64,000 nucleotides of DNA, from NCBI GenBank assembly GCA_964487695.1, contig CAZASC010000001.1, positions 43,570 through 107,569 of the forward strand. Reading direction: 5' to 3'. Every line of letters begins with the position of its first letter. The stretch's first letter is position 1. A program made the translations under genes and the position numbers. Shown here piece by piece: positions 27,763 to 37,231 of the stretch. The notes below the pieces were generated by a model. That model saw only the letters and a list, made by a program, of their open reading frames with translations, had not been told where the DNA came from and did not search any database. The DNA is from an uncultured Victivallales bacterium. GTDB taxonomy: Bacteria > Verrucomicrobiota > Kiritimatiellia > UBA8416 > CAZASC01.

Positions 27763-28497
27763 TTAAATCTCCTCTTTCGCTTCTTGCGGATCGCCTTCGA
27801 CAACGGAGGCGGACGGAGCCATTCCGGCAGCCTCTCCACTGCCGCCCAACTCCTCTGGGATTTCCTGGTTCGCCACTGGCTGTGCGTGGGCCGGCTTCTT
27901 CTTGAAATCCCGTTCGCGCGCCGCCAGGAGCATTGGATCCATGCCGCGCAATTCGTCAAGGTTCTTCAACCCGAAGTGTTCGAGAAAAGTCTGAGTAGTG
28001 CCGTATTGAAACGGCTTGCCGGGTAATTCACTGCGCCCCACAATCCGCACAAGCTGCATTTCCATGAGCATCCGCATGATGTGGTCGGCGTTCACGCCGC
28101 GCACACCTTCAATTTCGCTCCTGGTCACAGGCTGGCGGTATGCAATAATGGCCAGAGTCTCGAGCGCTGGACTTGAGAGACGATTGGGTCTGCCAGCGTC
28201 GAGAAGATGCTTAAGCCACCGTCCGCACGCAGGATCGCTGTGGAACCTTAAACCACCGGCAACCTCTGAGAGATTGAAACCACCGCCGGCCTTTTCCACG
28301 TCAATCTTGAGGGCCTCGAGCGCAGCCTGAATATCGCTTTCCTTTACGCCGGCAAACGCGGCTGCTATACCGCCTTCACTAGTCGCCACCTCGACTAGAC
28401 AGCGGCGCATTTCCTTGACGCTTAATTGATGATCGGAGCCAAAAATTATAGCTCCCAGTATTTGTTTCAGTTCAGGAACGGCACTTTCGTTGGGCAT
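27763..28497 (-). CDS. scpB: SMC-ScpAB complex subunit ScpB
   Basis: Motifs include LGAIIFGSDHQLSV, LETLAIIAYRQPVTRSEIEGVRGV and QLVRIVGR. ATG 28497 has an AAGAGG RBS. The C-terminal tail is acidic and Pro-rich. Confidence 0.85.
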   Translation of the reverse strand: MPNESAVPELKQILGAIIFGSDHQLSVKEMRRCLVEVATSEGGIAAAFAGVKESDIQAALEALKIDVEKAGGGFNLSEVAGGLRFHSDPACGRWLKHLLDAGRPNRLSSPALETLAIIAYRQPVTRSEIEGVRGVNADHIMRMLMEMQLVRIVGRSELPGKPFQYGTTQTFLEHFGLKNLDELRGMDPMLLAARERDFKKKPAHAQPVANQEIPEELGGSGEAAGMAPSASVVEGDPQEAKEEI

Positions 28498-28621
28498 ATG
28501 CACCTCTTTTTATCAACTTCATTATTTGTATCCAGCTTTTGGATAGACTCGTCTTCCCGAACTCGTCGCTGTCACGATGCTATTTTACGGTAGGCAAGAC
28601 TCCGTCGAGCCGTGGGTGGAA

Positions 28622-29407
28622 TCACCCTTCAATGTCATGCGCGGCTTCAGCCTCCTGCATTCCCCCATTGTCCAATTCCGATTCCGGCGCCATGATAATG
28701 ATCTCGCCGAATCTTTCAAGCTGACTGATCCTGATTTGTCTCAGCCGAATCAGCTCGAGCAGCGCCAGAAATATGCAGACTATTTCATGTCTCACTGTAG
28801 TCTCGTTGAAAAGCGACGAGAATGATATCTGCCCTTTTTCCTTTACCGCGAGAATGACCGCATCTATTTTGTCGGCAACGGTAAAGCGCTCACCGAATAT
28901 CTCCCCGATCTCTTCTTCTTTGGCCTTTTTGAGCACATTGTTGAAAGCCGTGATCAGATCGAACAGACTGACATCTTCCAGCAGAAGGCCCGAATCCGGC
29001 GCTCCAAGCTCAGCGCCCTCGCCGCCCAGCCCGAAAACACCCTCCTGAGACAATTCCCGTTCCTGGAGATTGGTGGCTATGTCCTTGAACTTCTTATATT
29101 CGAGAAGCTGCTTTACAAGTTCCCATCGGGGGTCGTCTTCCTCGTCCTCCATTTCCAGCCGATCCTCAACAGGAAGAAGCATCCGACTTTTGATCATCAT
29201 CAGCGTCGCGGCCATGACCAGGAATTCGCCAGCGATATTCAGATCCAGCATCCGCATCAGGTTGAGATATTCCATGTACTGGGTCGTGACTGTTTCGATA
29301 GGGATATTGTAGATGTCTACCTCTTCCTTCTTTATCAGGTAAAGAAGAAGATCGAGCGGTCCCTCAAAGACTTCCAATTGAACCTTATATTCTTCCTGTA
29401 AAGGCAT
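28622..29407 (-). CDS. scpA: segregation and condensation protein A
   Basis: The motif is FEGPLDLLLYLIKKEEVDIYNIPI. I chose ATG 29407 (AAAGGGA RBS) instead of TTG 29431. Confidence 0.85.
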   Translation of the reverse strand: MPLQEEYKVQLEVFEGPLDLLLYLIKKEEVDIYNIPIETVTTQYMEYLNLMRMLDLNIAGEFLVMAATLMMIKSRMLLPVEDRLEMEDEEDDPRWELVKQLLEYKKFKDIATNLQERELSQEGVFGLGGEGAELGAPDSGLLLEDVSLFDLITAFNNVLKKAKEEEIGEIFGERFTVADKIDAVILAVKEKGQISFSSLFNETTVRHEIVCIFLALLELIRLRQIRISQLERFGEIIIMAPESELDNGGMQEAEAAHDIEG

Positions 29408-29591
29408 TGTATCCCTTTCAATCGTCGTCAAACAACTCGATAAAGTCTCGTTCTATAGCGCAAGACAGGAGTGCAAGCAAAAATGTAACCTCTAAAAGCC
29501 ATACACATAGCACGCATCTGGATTGTCATGGGCCACCACTTTAACATTGAGAATTGAGCATTGGACATGGGATATTCTTTCTTCCTCACTC

Positions 29592-30557
29592 TCATTCCAG
29601 CCCCATTACCTCACGAGCGGATTTCAGCGTCTTCTCCGCTTCTATCCGGGCCTTCTCAGCGCCCTTTTGCAGCACGGCTTCAACGTATGCCATATCGTTC
29701 TGCAGGTCGGCGCGTCGTTTCCTGAATGACTCGAAACAACTCCACATCTTTTCGAACAATGCTTTCTTGCCGTCGCCATAACCAAACCCTGGCGCACGAA
29801 AACGACTGGCCATTGTTTTCAGTTCTTCATCTGTAGCGAACTGTTTGTAGAGAGCAAATATCGTGCTCGTGTCTGGATCCTTCGGGTCGTTCAGTCCTTT
29901 GCTGTCGGTTACGATCCGCATGATCCTCGCCTTTGTTTCCTTCTCTGATCCAAACAGTTCTATGTGGTTGTTGTAGGATTTCGACATCTTCTGTCCGTCA
30001 ATCCCAGGGACAACAGCCACGGAATCTTTGATTGCCGGCTCCGGAATCGTAAAGACAGCCTTGCCGTACTGGTTATTGAACTTGATCGAGATATCGCGCG
30101 CCACTTCGACGTGCTGCTTCTGGTCTTTCCCAACCGGGACAACATTAGACTGGTACGCCAGAATATCTGCCGCCATCAGGACCGGATAGGCGAATAGCCC
30201 GTGACTCGGCGCAATTCCCTTGGCCACCTTATCCTTATAGGAATGGCATCGTTCCAGAAGTCCCATCGGCGTGACAACGGAAAGCAACCACGAAAGCTCA
30301 GTCACTTCAGGCACATCGCTTTGTCTGAAGAAACAAGTCTTCTCTGGATCGAGTCCGCACGCCAGAAAATCCAGCGCGACATCAGTAGTCGCCTCTTTCA
30401 ACACCTTGCCGTCGGTTACCGTCGTCAGCGCATGGTAATTGGCTATAAAGAGAAAAGTCTCGCCTTTTTGCTGAAGCTCAAGGGCTGGCTTCATCATCCC
30501 AAAATAGTTGCCAAGGTGCAACTTGCCCGACGGTTGTATTCCAGAAAGAATCCTCAC
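29592..30557 (-). CDS. trpS: tryptophan--tRNA ligase
   Basis: It has ILSGIQPSGKLHLGNY (HIGH-type) and KMSKS. The GTG start is preceded by GGAGG. Confidence 0.95.
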   Translation of the reverse strand: MRILSGIQPSGKLHLGNYFGMMKPALELQQKGETFLFIANYHALTTVTDGKVLKEATTDVALDFLACGLDPEKTCFFRQSDVPEVTELSWLLSVVTPMGLLERCHSYKDKVAKGIAPSHGLFAYPVLMAADILAYQSNVVPVGKDQKQHVEVARDISIKFNNQYGKAVFTIPEPAIKDSVAVVPGIDGQKMSKSYNNHIELFGSEKETKARIMRIVTDSKGLNDPKDPDTSTIFALYKQFATDEELKTMASRFRAPGFGYGDGKKALFEKMWSCFESFRKRRADLQNDMAYVEAVLQKGAEKARIEAEKTLKSAREVMGLE

Positions 30558-30705
30558 TCTAATCCTCCATCACTTTGCGCATTTCTTCATCTCAGAAATA
30601 ACACAGCCAATCAAGCGGTTTTTTGGTCGAGCATCTGAATTCCGTATTGCAGGCCCTAATAGATTGAATGTTTGACGCCTCTCAAGTATCGTGCACTATT
30701 AGAAA

Positions 30706-31578
30706 ATGAAAACACGAATGACACCTTATGCGCCAAAGGATCTCTTTTTACTGGCTCTTCTTGTCGTGATGAGCGGTTGCGTTAATGATGAACCTATGGG
30801 TGCTTCTGCTCAAAGCCACACAAATAAAGTTTCCAATTTTTCCCGGTCGTTCCAGCCGTTTACCATTGTGCGGGAGATGGCGCTTGATGTTGGAGCGGAC
30901 GTGAAGATGACGTTTGTATGGGTCCCGGCATTGAGAATGTGGGTCGGTAAATACGATGTGACGAACGAGGAATACAGGAGGTTCAAACACGATCACAATA
31001 GCGGAGAGTACGACGGGCACACGCTAAACGAGGCCAGTCAGCCGGCAGTCGAGGTTTCCTTCAACGATGCTGTCAGATTTGCTGATTGGGTTAATAGAAC
31101 TGCAAAGTTGCCGATTGGCTACAAATGCCGGCTTCCGGGCGGAACCAACGAATGGCTCACATTTGCGCAGTGTGGGGATGGCCGAAAATATCCATGGGGT
31201 GACGAATGGCCACCTAAATACGGCAACTACCACGGACAGGAAGGCGCTGGCTTGTGGGATAAAATCGAGGATTACAACGACCGGCATCCCGTGACTTGCC
31301 GTGTCGAGGATAGCTGCAAGAATGAGTGGGGACTGTATGGAATTGGTGGAAACGTATGGCAATGGACCAGCGAGTCATATGAAAGCAACAGCATTTGCCG
31401 TGTCCTTCGCGGTGCGTCATGGCGCGATGGAGGCGCGGACGTTCTGGAGTGCTCGTATCGCCTCGGCTACGATCCTTCGCTTAGACTCAAATTCATTGGG
31501 TTTCGTTTGTTATTGTCACCCATTATACTGCCCAAGAATATGGGCTCAACGAGTGTTGCGCCTTCGGTTTCGGATTAG
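30706..31578 (+). CDS. FGE-sulfatase (SUMF1/EgtB/PvdO) domain lipoprotein, paralog 1
   Basis: The lipobox is LLVVMSGC. FGE-domain motifs are VSFNDAVRFADWVN, WGLYGIGGNVWQWTSE and RVLRGASW. Confidence 0.8.
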   Translation: MKTRMTPYAPKDLFLLALLVVMSGCVNDEPMGASAQSHTNKVSNFSRSFQPFTIVREMALDVGADVKMTFVWVPALRMWVGKYDVTNEEYRRFKHDHNSGEYDGHTLNEASQPAVEVSFNDAVRFADWVNRTAKLPIGYKCRLPGGTNEWLTFAQCGDGRKYPWGDEWPPKYGNYHGQEGAGLWDKIEDYNDRHPVTCRVEDSCKNEWGLYGIGGNVWQWTSESYESNSICRVLRGASWRDGGADVLECSYRLGYDPSLRLKFIGFRLLLSPIILPKNMGSTSVAPSVSD

Positions 31579-31622
31579 CGTTTGACATCGCCACTCCAGC
31601 ATGGCTCACTTTTGGCCGACAA

Positions 31623-32399
31623 ATGAAAAGACGAATAAAGATTTGCTTGCCGCAGACTCTTATTGTCGTGGCGCTTTTTTTGAGCATGACTGGATGCCTG
31701 ATCAAACAACCTGTCCCTGCCCAAGTTCCAATTCAATTACCCGTTCGAGAGATGGCGCTGGAGCTTGGTGATGGCGTTAATCTGGAGTTTGTCTGGATCG
31801 AGGCAATCAAGAGTTGGGTTGAGAAATATGAGGTAACAAATGAGGAATTTCGGAGATATGCGCCGGATCACAACAGCGGAGAATTTGAAGGCTTTCCCCT
31901 TGATGAGCCTCGTCAGCCTGTTGTGAATGTTTCCTACAATGACGCTGTGGCCTTCGCCGAATGGATAAACCTTACGGCAAAACTGCCCGCTGGGTACAAA
32001 TGCCGGTTGCCGGATGGGAGCGAATGGCTGACATTTGCGCAATGTGGAGACATGAGGAGATATCCGTGGGGCAATGAGTGGCCGCCAAATTATGGCAATT
32101 ACCATGGGCAAGAGGGTGCAGGGACATCCGGCAAGATGGCCGACTACAACGACGGCTATCCGGTAACCTGCCCGGTCGAAAAGAGCGGGAAAAATCCCTG
32201 GGGACTTTACGGGATAGGAGGAAATGTTTGCGAATGGACGAGCGAGTGGTATGACAAGACTCACGAATGCCGGGTTTTACGTGGAGCATCGTGGGATAGC
32301 TCCGATTCTGACTCTCTGAAATGCGCCTATCGCGGTCTCAGCATTCCAACAGTCCGCCTAAACACCATTGGTTTTCGCGTGTTGTTGTCTCAACATTGA
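31623..32399 (+). CDS. FGE-sulfatase (SUMF1/EgtB/PvdO) domain lipoprotein, paralog 2
   Basis: The lipobox is LFLSMTGC. The same FGE motifs are present. By eye it is highly similar to paralog 1 across the domain. Confidence 0.8.
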   Translation: MKRRIKICLPQTLIVVALFLSMTGCLIKQPVPAQVPIQLPVREMALELGDGVNLEFVWIEAIKSWVEKYEVTNEEFRRYAPDHNSGEFEGFPLDEPRQPVVNVSYNDAVAFAEWINLTAKLPAGYKCRLPDGSEWLTFAQCGDMRRYPWGNEWPPNYGNYHGQEGAGTSGKMADYNDGYPVTCPVEKSGKNPWGLYGIGGNVCEWTSEWYDKTHECRVLRGASWDSSDSDSLKCAYRGLSIPTVRLNTIGFRVLLSQH

Positions 32400-32485
32400 T
32401 GGTGCCGGAAGAGGGAGTTGAACCCTCATGCCCTTGCGGGCGCTGGATTTTGAGTCCAGTGCGTCTGCCATTTCGCCATCCCGGC
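32400..32485 (-). tRNA. tRNA-Leu (anticodon CAA), class II with a long variable arm, CCA encoded
   Basis: Hand-folded. The acceptor stem is GCCGGGA/TTCCGGC. The anticodon stem is CTGGA/TCCAG with loop CTCAAAA. The variable arm is GCCC-GCAA-GGGC. The T arm is GAGGG-TTCAACT-CCCTC. The 3' end is ACCA. Confidence 0.9.
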
Positions 32486-32537
32486 TTATCTGATCTCTTC
32501 CTTGTATCACGATGCGGCAGTAACGTTCAAATAGTAA

Positions 32538-32990
32538 TTATTCATCCCAAGTGGAGGCCCAAGCCTCCACTCCATCATTGCCCAACCAGGTCATAAGCAC
32601 TTTACGTAAAACCGACGGCTCAAGTTTGGACCTAGCAATTTTCTTTAAGGGCTCCCACCAGAACTCTATATGGTCCTCGCAGGAGCAAGGATTCTCCGAT
32701 GGATCAATACCCTTGATCTTGAGGTCGAACAGGAGATTGATCTCGCAGTAACGTTTGCCATGCCTTTTGAAGGTGTGTTCGACTGCTCCAAGGAAGCGTC
32801 CCGTTATGGCTTTCTTGCCAAGTTCTTCCTTGATCTCCCTGCACAAGGATTCTTTTGCCGATTCGTGACACTCGATATGGCCGCCGGGGAGATACGTGTT
32901 ACGCGCCCCCTTTGTGTGGCACATCAGAAGCTTGCCATCCGCAATACACACCCCTCTTGCTATCAACTCGATCGGCATTAACTTGCTCAT
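32538..32990 (-). CDS. NUDIX hydrolase
   Basis: The Nudix box is GGHIECHESAKESLCREIKEELG. Confidence 0.85.
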   Translation of the reverse strand: MSKLMPIELIARGVCIADGKLLMCHTKGARNTYLPGGHIECHESAKESLCREIKEELGKKAITGRFLGAVEHTFKRHGKRYCEINLLFDLKIKGIDPSENPCSCEDHIEFWWEPLKKIARSKLEPSVLRKVLMTWLGNDGVEAWASTWDE

Positions 32991-33006
32991 TACTCCAATG
33001 CTCCTT

Positions 33007-34308
33007 TCAGCGCTTCATTCCAAGAACTTCTCCAACCATGAAAAGCGATCCACAAATGCAAACGACTCCGCCTTTCTCAACGGCCCATCGCTCAGCTTCG
33101 GCGAGAGCGGACGGCAACTGCGATTCTTTGACATTCCAACCCATGCCGGCTCCAATTGCCGCAATTTGAGACGTGGCCATGCACCTTTCGCTCCGTATCG
33201 GCACCGCCCATAAATTGGTCACAATCCGTGAGAACGATTTTAGAAAGTTTGCAGCATCCTTGTCACTGCACATACCTACCACAAGCCCGACAGGTTTGTC
33301 TTTGCAGATCTGATGAATACTGGAGGCCAGAGCTTCGCCTGCCCCTGGATTATGCGCCCCGTCCAGAATCACCAAGGGATTTACAGAAAGCATCTGAAGG
33401 CGACCCGGCCAGTTTACATTCGAGACACCGGTCTTGACAGCAGCTTCTTCCACATTCATACCGCACATAGCGCTAAGTACGTCTATCGTAGCGATAGTTG
33501 TAGCCAGATTTTCAATTTGATGTTTGCCTGCCAGCGGAAGCCGAATAGTGCCATAGGATGCGTTGTTTGTCTCGACACTCAATTTCTGAAAGTCCAATTC
33601 TGACGAAATGGCGCTGACTGTCACACTCTTGTCGGCTTCGACAAGAATACATTGTTTCTCTTTCGCGGTCTGCCTGACAATTGCCAGCGCCTGTTCGTCT
33701 GTCGCCCCGCATACCACCGGCCTATGCGGTTTGATTATGCCGCATTTTTCCCCCGCTATATCGCGTATATCCTTGCCGAGGTATGATGTGTGTTCAACGC
33801 TTATTCGCGTTATCACCGATACCAGCGGCGTCACGACGTTCGTTGCATCAAGCCGTCCACCCAACCCCGTTTCAAGCACCGCTATCTGAATGCCTCGCGA
33901 GCGGAAATATTCAAATGCCATCGCCGTTGTGCATTCAAAGAATGTCGGTTCGCGGCCTGTCTCCGCAGCCACCAAGGCAACGAGCGGTTCTGTCTTCTCG
34001 AAGATATCGCCGAGTTCATCATCCGTGATTTGCTCTCCATTCACGCTAATTCGTTCGTTGAATCGCTGAAGGTGCGGTGAAGTATACAGCCCCACCTTGA
34101 AACCGGCCGCCCGAAGGATCGAATCCAGCATCGCGCAAACCGACCCCTTCCCGTTTGTGCCAGCCACATGGATCACGCCATAGGCGCGCTCAGGAGCGCC
34201 CATGCGATCAAGCAGCATCCGCTCGACATCGAGCCCGAACTTCATGCCAAGATTCTGCCTCGCACAGAGCCGTTCAAGCGATGCGCTGAGTTTGTTAGAT
34301 TCTAACAT
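33007..34308 (-). CDS. folC: bifunctional folylpolyglutamate synthase / dihydrofolate synthase
   Basis: The P-loop is VIHVAGTNGKGSV and the layout is Mur-ligase-like. I chose ATG 34308 (AGGAAA RBS), which gives a typical ~47-aa lead before the P-loop. The track start is 34407. Confidence 0.85.
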   Translation of the reverse strand: MLESNKLSASLERLCARQNLGMKFGLDVERMLLDRMGAPERAYGVIHVAGTNGKGSVCAMLDSILRAAGFKVGLYTSPHLQRFNERISVNGEQITDDELGDIFEKTEPLVALVAAETGREPTFFECTTAMAFEYFRSRGIQIAVLETGLGGRLDATNVVTPLVSVITRISVEHTSYLGKDIRDIAGEKCGIIKPHRPVVCGATDEQALAIVRQTAKEKQCILVEADKSVTVSAISSELDFQKLSVETNNASYGTIRLPLAGKHQIENLATTIATIDVLSAMCGMNVEEAAVKTGVSNVNWPGRLQMLSVNPLVILDGAHNPGAGEALASSIHQICKDKPVGLVVGMCSDKDAANFLKSFSRIVTNLWAVPIRSERCMATSQIAAIGAGMGWNVKESQLPSALAEAERWAVEKGGVVCICGSLFMVGEVLGMKR

Positions 34309-34478
34309 TGTCTTTTTCCTGTATCTTCCAAGCATCCAGCGTACATCATTTGGGCCACATCCAAAACGGGTCACCGAGGACGGTTCGCCCCACCCTTCGT
34401 TAGTCATCTAGGGCGAGGCGTCCCCCCGCCGAGCCGCGAACATCTCAGCATGAAGGTGCCCTATTCCGACGGAATGAA

Positions 34479-35192
34479 CTATCCCCTCGCCACCGTTATG
34501 ACAAAAACTTTAGCCGCTCCTGCTTTCTTGAGCACTCGGCTCACCTCATCAACAGTCGCTCCTGTGGTCATGACGTCGTCAACCAGCAGAAGATTTCGTC
34601 CCTTCAGCCATTTGCCGTCCTCAGCAGCGAATGCGCCATTCACGTTCTTGCGACGTTCCGTTGCACTCAAGTTCGTCTGTGTCGGCGTCGGCTTGATCCG
34701 CCGCAGGGATTTCGGCAGGAGCGGCAATCCGAACTCATCCGCCACTCCTTTTGCCAGCAGCTTCGCCTGATTGTAAGTCCGCTCCCGTTCCCTGCGTCCA
34801 TACAATGGCACGAAGGTCACTGCATCAAGCCGCTCGGTCAAATAGTTCGATCTCACGCCTGCGCTCAGAAGAGAGACAAGATCCGTTGTCAGGCAAGTCA
34901 TATTGGCGTACTTCAACGCCTGAATCGCAGCTTGCGCAACGCCGCGATACATCACCACCGAGCGCGCAAGATCAAAGTGAGGACGATGATCCAAGCACCA
35001 CCCGCAGGCATACTTGTGTTCGACCTTGCCATGAATCGGGTCGCCGCAGATCGTGCAGAAAGGCTCATCAATAACTCTCATCTCCGCAAAACAATCCCAA
35101 CAGATATGCCCAGCTTCTTCCTTGATTTTCCCTCCGCAGCCGGCGCAGGAGCGCGGATACACGAGATCAAGCAGCGTGGAGCTTAGCGACAT
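34479..35192 (-). CDS. ComF-family protein (double zinc ribbon plus phosphoribosyltransferase domain)
   Basis: The N-terminus has CxxC pairs (CAGCGG...CWDC; CTICGD...CGWC). The PRTase motif is LLLVDDVMTTGATV. Confidence 0.8.
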   Translation of the reverse strand: MSLSSTLLDLVYPRSCAGCGGKIKEEAGHICWDCFAEMRVIDEPFCTICGDPIHGKVEHKYACGWCLDHRPHFDLARSVVMYRGVAQAAIQALKYANMTCLTTDLVSLLSAGVRSNYLTERLDAVTFVPLYGRRERERTYNQAKLLAKGVADEFGLPLLPKSLRRIKPTPTQTNLSATERRKNVNGAFAAEDGKWLKGRNLLLVDDVMTTGATVDEVSRVLKKAGAAKVFVITVARG

Positions 35193-35198
35193 ATGCCA

Positions 35199-36077
35199 TC
35201 AGATATACTTTGAAATAATCGCCTTCAAAGCAGTTTTAGTCGCGCGCGGGATGATCTCCTTGCGTGTGACGATGGCATTTCGCAATGCATCACCACAACA
35301 GCACTTTCTTTCTCCGGCAAGCCGTGGGATCAATTCCTTCAGAATCTCCTTCGCAAGCTTCGTGTTGGCGACTAGGTTGCCTATTACCATCTCGAGCGTT
35401 ACGGATTCCTCGTTCTCATGCCAGCAATCGTAGTCAGTCACCATTGCCATTGCCTGGTAGCATATCTCAGCTTCCCTGCATAGCTTGGCTTCGCCAATGC
35501 TTGTCATCCCAATGATGTCAAAGTCGAGTTGCCGGTATGCGTGGGATTCCGCCTTTGTTGAGAAAGCCGGCCCTTCCATACTTACATAGATTCCACCTTC
35601 GTTTACACGCAAATTCTTATGCGTCTTGTCATTGGCGATCACCTTCCGCGCGCTCACCCCGATCAGCTTCCTGAGCTCGGCACATGTCGGTTCGGCGAAT
35701 GCAAGGTGAGCTACGATCCCCTTTCCGAAGAACGTATGTTCAAGCGACTTCTTTGTCCGGTCAAAGTATTGATCCGGCAGTACTATATCCCGAGGGCGAA
35801 GTTTCTGTTTAAGGCTTCCGACTGCGCTGATCGAAAGTATGCGTTCGACGCCTAGCATTTTGAAACCGTAGATATTTGCGCGATGATTGATCTCCGAAGG
35901 AAGTATACTGTGCCCTTTCCCATGGCGCGGCAGGAAATAAACATCAACACCGCCAAACTTGCCGCAGACATACTCGTCAGATGGCGATCCAAATGGTGTC
36001 TTCAGCTTCTTGCGCACGACGTTTTTCAGTCCCTCGAGATCATATACTCCGCTACCACCGATGATTCCAATTTTCAT
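35199..36077 (-). CDS. mtnP: S-methyl-5'-thioadenosine phosphorylase
   Basis: Motifs are MKIGIIGGSGVY, FLPRHGKGH and AVGSL, with a PNP/MTAP layout. An AGGAGG RBS is present. Confidence 0.85.
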   Translation of the reverse strand: MKIGIIGGSGVYDLEGLKNVVRKKLKTPFGSPSDEYVCGKFGGVDVYFLPRHGKGHSILPSEINHRANIYGFKMLGVERILSISAVGSLKQKLRPRDIVLPDQYFDRTKKSLEHTFFGKGIVAHLAFAEPTCAELRKLIGVSARKVIANDKTHKNLRVNEGGIYVSMEGPAFSTKAESHAYRQLDFDIIGMTSIGEAKLCREAEICYQAMAMVTDYDCWHENEESVTLEMVIGNLVANTKLAKEILKELIPRLAGERKCCCGDALRNAIVTRKEIIPRATKTALKAIISKYI

Positions 36078-36192
36078 TTTCTGGTTCCTCCTGTTTCGTA
36101 ATGTTTGTCAAAAAGTAGTCGCGCTTTGAGTTTTTCTGGTAGAGCCGGGTTTATCCCGGCTACAGCCTACATAAAGTCGGCTCTACTTGCTA

Positions 36193-37128
36193 TCAGACAT
36201 CCTTTGCTCCTCCACCATCAACTCTCCGTGCATAAAATGGAAAACCAGCGCCTGAATGTCCGGACGGAATATATTTCCATCGTTTGTACATCCAGAGCCA
36301 CTGGCCTGGGTGTTTCCTTATGACAACCTCCATCGCATCGGCAATAGTCTGCGTCATTGTCCTGCCGGATGATGGTTCAACTGGATGCGCATAGGCCATG
36401 TACCTGTTATCTCCATCCTGCACAGCATACACCAACACGATCTGAGCGTTGGTTCGCTCGGAGAGAGTCGTAGCAGCTTTCGACATCGGCACCGGCAGCC
36501 CAAACAGAGCGACGAACTCGCCGCCGTCCTCCGGAAGCGTGTTCTGATCCAAAATCAGCCCCACTCTAGCTCCGTCGTAGAGAGTTCTCAAGAGCATCTT
36601 GACTGCGCCCTCTTTGAAGACGACCTTCTGCCCGGATGTTTTCCGGAGATAAGTGAGGATTCGATCCACATATGGATTGTCGAGCGGCGCAGCCACACTT
36701 AACGTTGGCGCGCCACGGAGTGCCATAGCCTGCCCAAGAACCTCCCAGTTTCCGATATGCCCGGCAACCACTATGACCGGACTTGTCTTGAAGTAGTAAT
36801 CGTATGACGCATCGAATGTGAGATTTGCGGCGATTCTCCTTTTCCCGTTCAACGCGAACCAGAACAAGTCTGTCAGCACCAGCGCAAAAGTTCTGAACGA
36901 TTCGATTGCAATCTTCTCTTTGTCCGCCTGCGAGAGATCTGATCCAAACGTGGCATCAAGATTGGCCAATGCTATGCCACGAAGTTGTGCAGCGAATATG
37001 AATGCTGCTCTACCGAGCAGCCGTGCAAGGCAAACTGCCATCTTTCTTGGAAGCAGCGGTATGAATGCAAGACCAAGGTAAACCAGAAACAACTCTGCTA
37101 TCTGACGGCATCTTCTTCTGATCGTCAT
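36193..37128 (-). CDS. LpxL/HtrB-type lysophospholipid/lipid A acyltransferase family protein
   Basis: An N-terminal TM helix is followed by the HIGNWE catalytic motif. I trimmed the start to ATG 37128 because the track ORF start (37194) lies inside tRNA-Lys. Confidence 0.65.
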   Translation of the reverse strand: MTIRRRCRQIAELFLVYLGLAFIPLLPRKMAVCLARLLGRAAFIFAAQLRGIALANLDATFGSDLSQADKEKIAIESFRTFALVLTDLFWFALNGKRRIAANLTFDASYDYYFKTSPVIVVAGHIGNWEVLGQAMALRGAPTLSVAAPLDNPYVDRILTYLRKTSGQKVVFKEGAVKMLLRTLYDGARVGLILDQNTLPEDGGEFVALFGLPVPMSKAATTLSERTNAQIVLVYAVQDGDNRYMAYAHPVEPSSGRTMTQTIADAMEVVIRKHPGQWLWMYKRWKYIPSGHSGAGFPFYARRVDGGGAKDV

Positions 37129-37155
37129 TGGAATAATGAATCCACTTCGGAGAAC

Positions 37156-37231
37156 TGGTGAGCCGTGGCGGGTTCGAACCGCCGACCCGTACATTAAAAG
37201 TGTACTGCTCTACCAACTGAGCTAACGGCCC
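37156..37231 (-). tRNA. tRNA-Lys (anticodon UUU), CCA encoded
   Basis: Hand-folded. The sequence starts GGGCCGT-TA-GCTC-AGTTGGTA-GAGC. The anticodon arm is GTACA-CTTTTAA-TGTAC. The T arm is GGCGG-TTCGAAC-CCGCC. The 3' end is ACGGCTC-A-CCA. Confidence 0.9.

Noticed and set aside
37129-37194. N-terminal extension of the lpxL-like ORF in the ORF track
   Set aside because: It would start inside tRNA-Lys (37156-37231). The internal ATG 37128 gives a normal TM-helix N-terminus.
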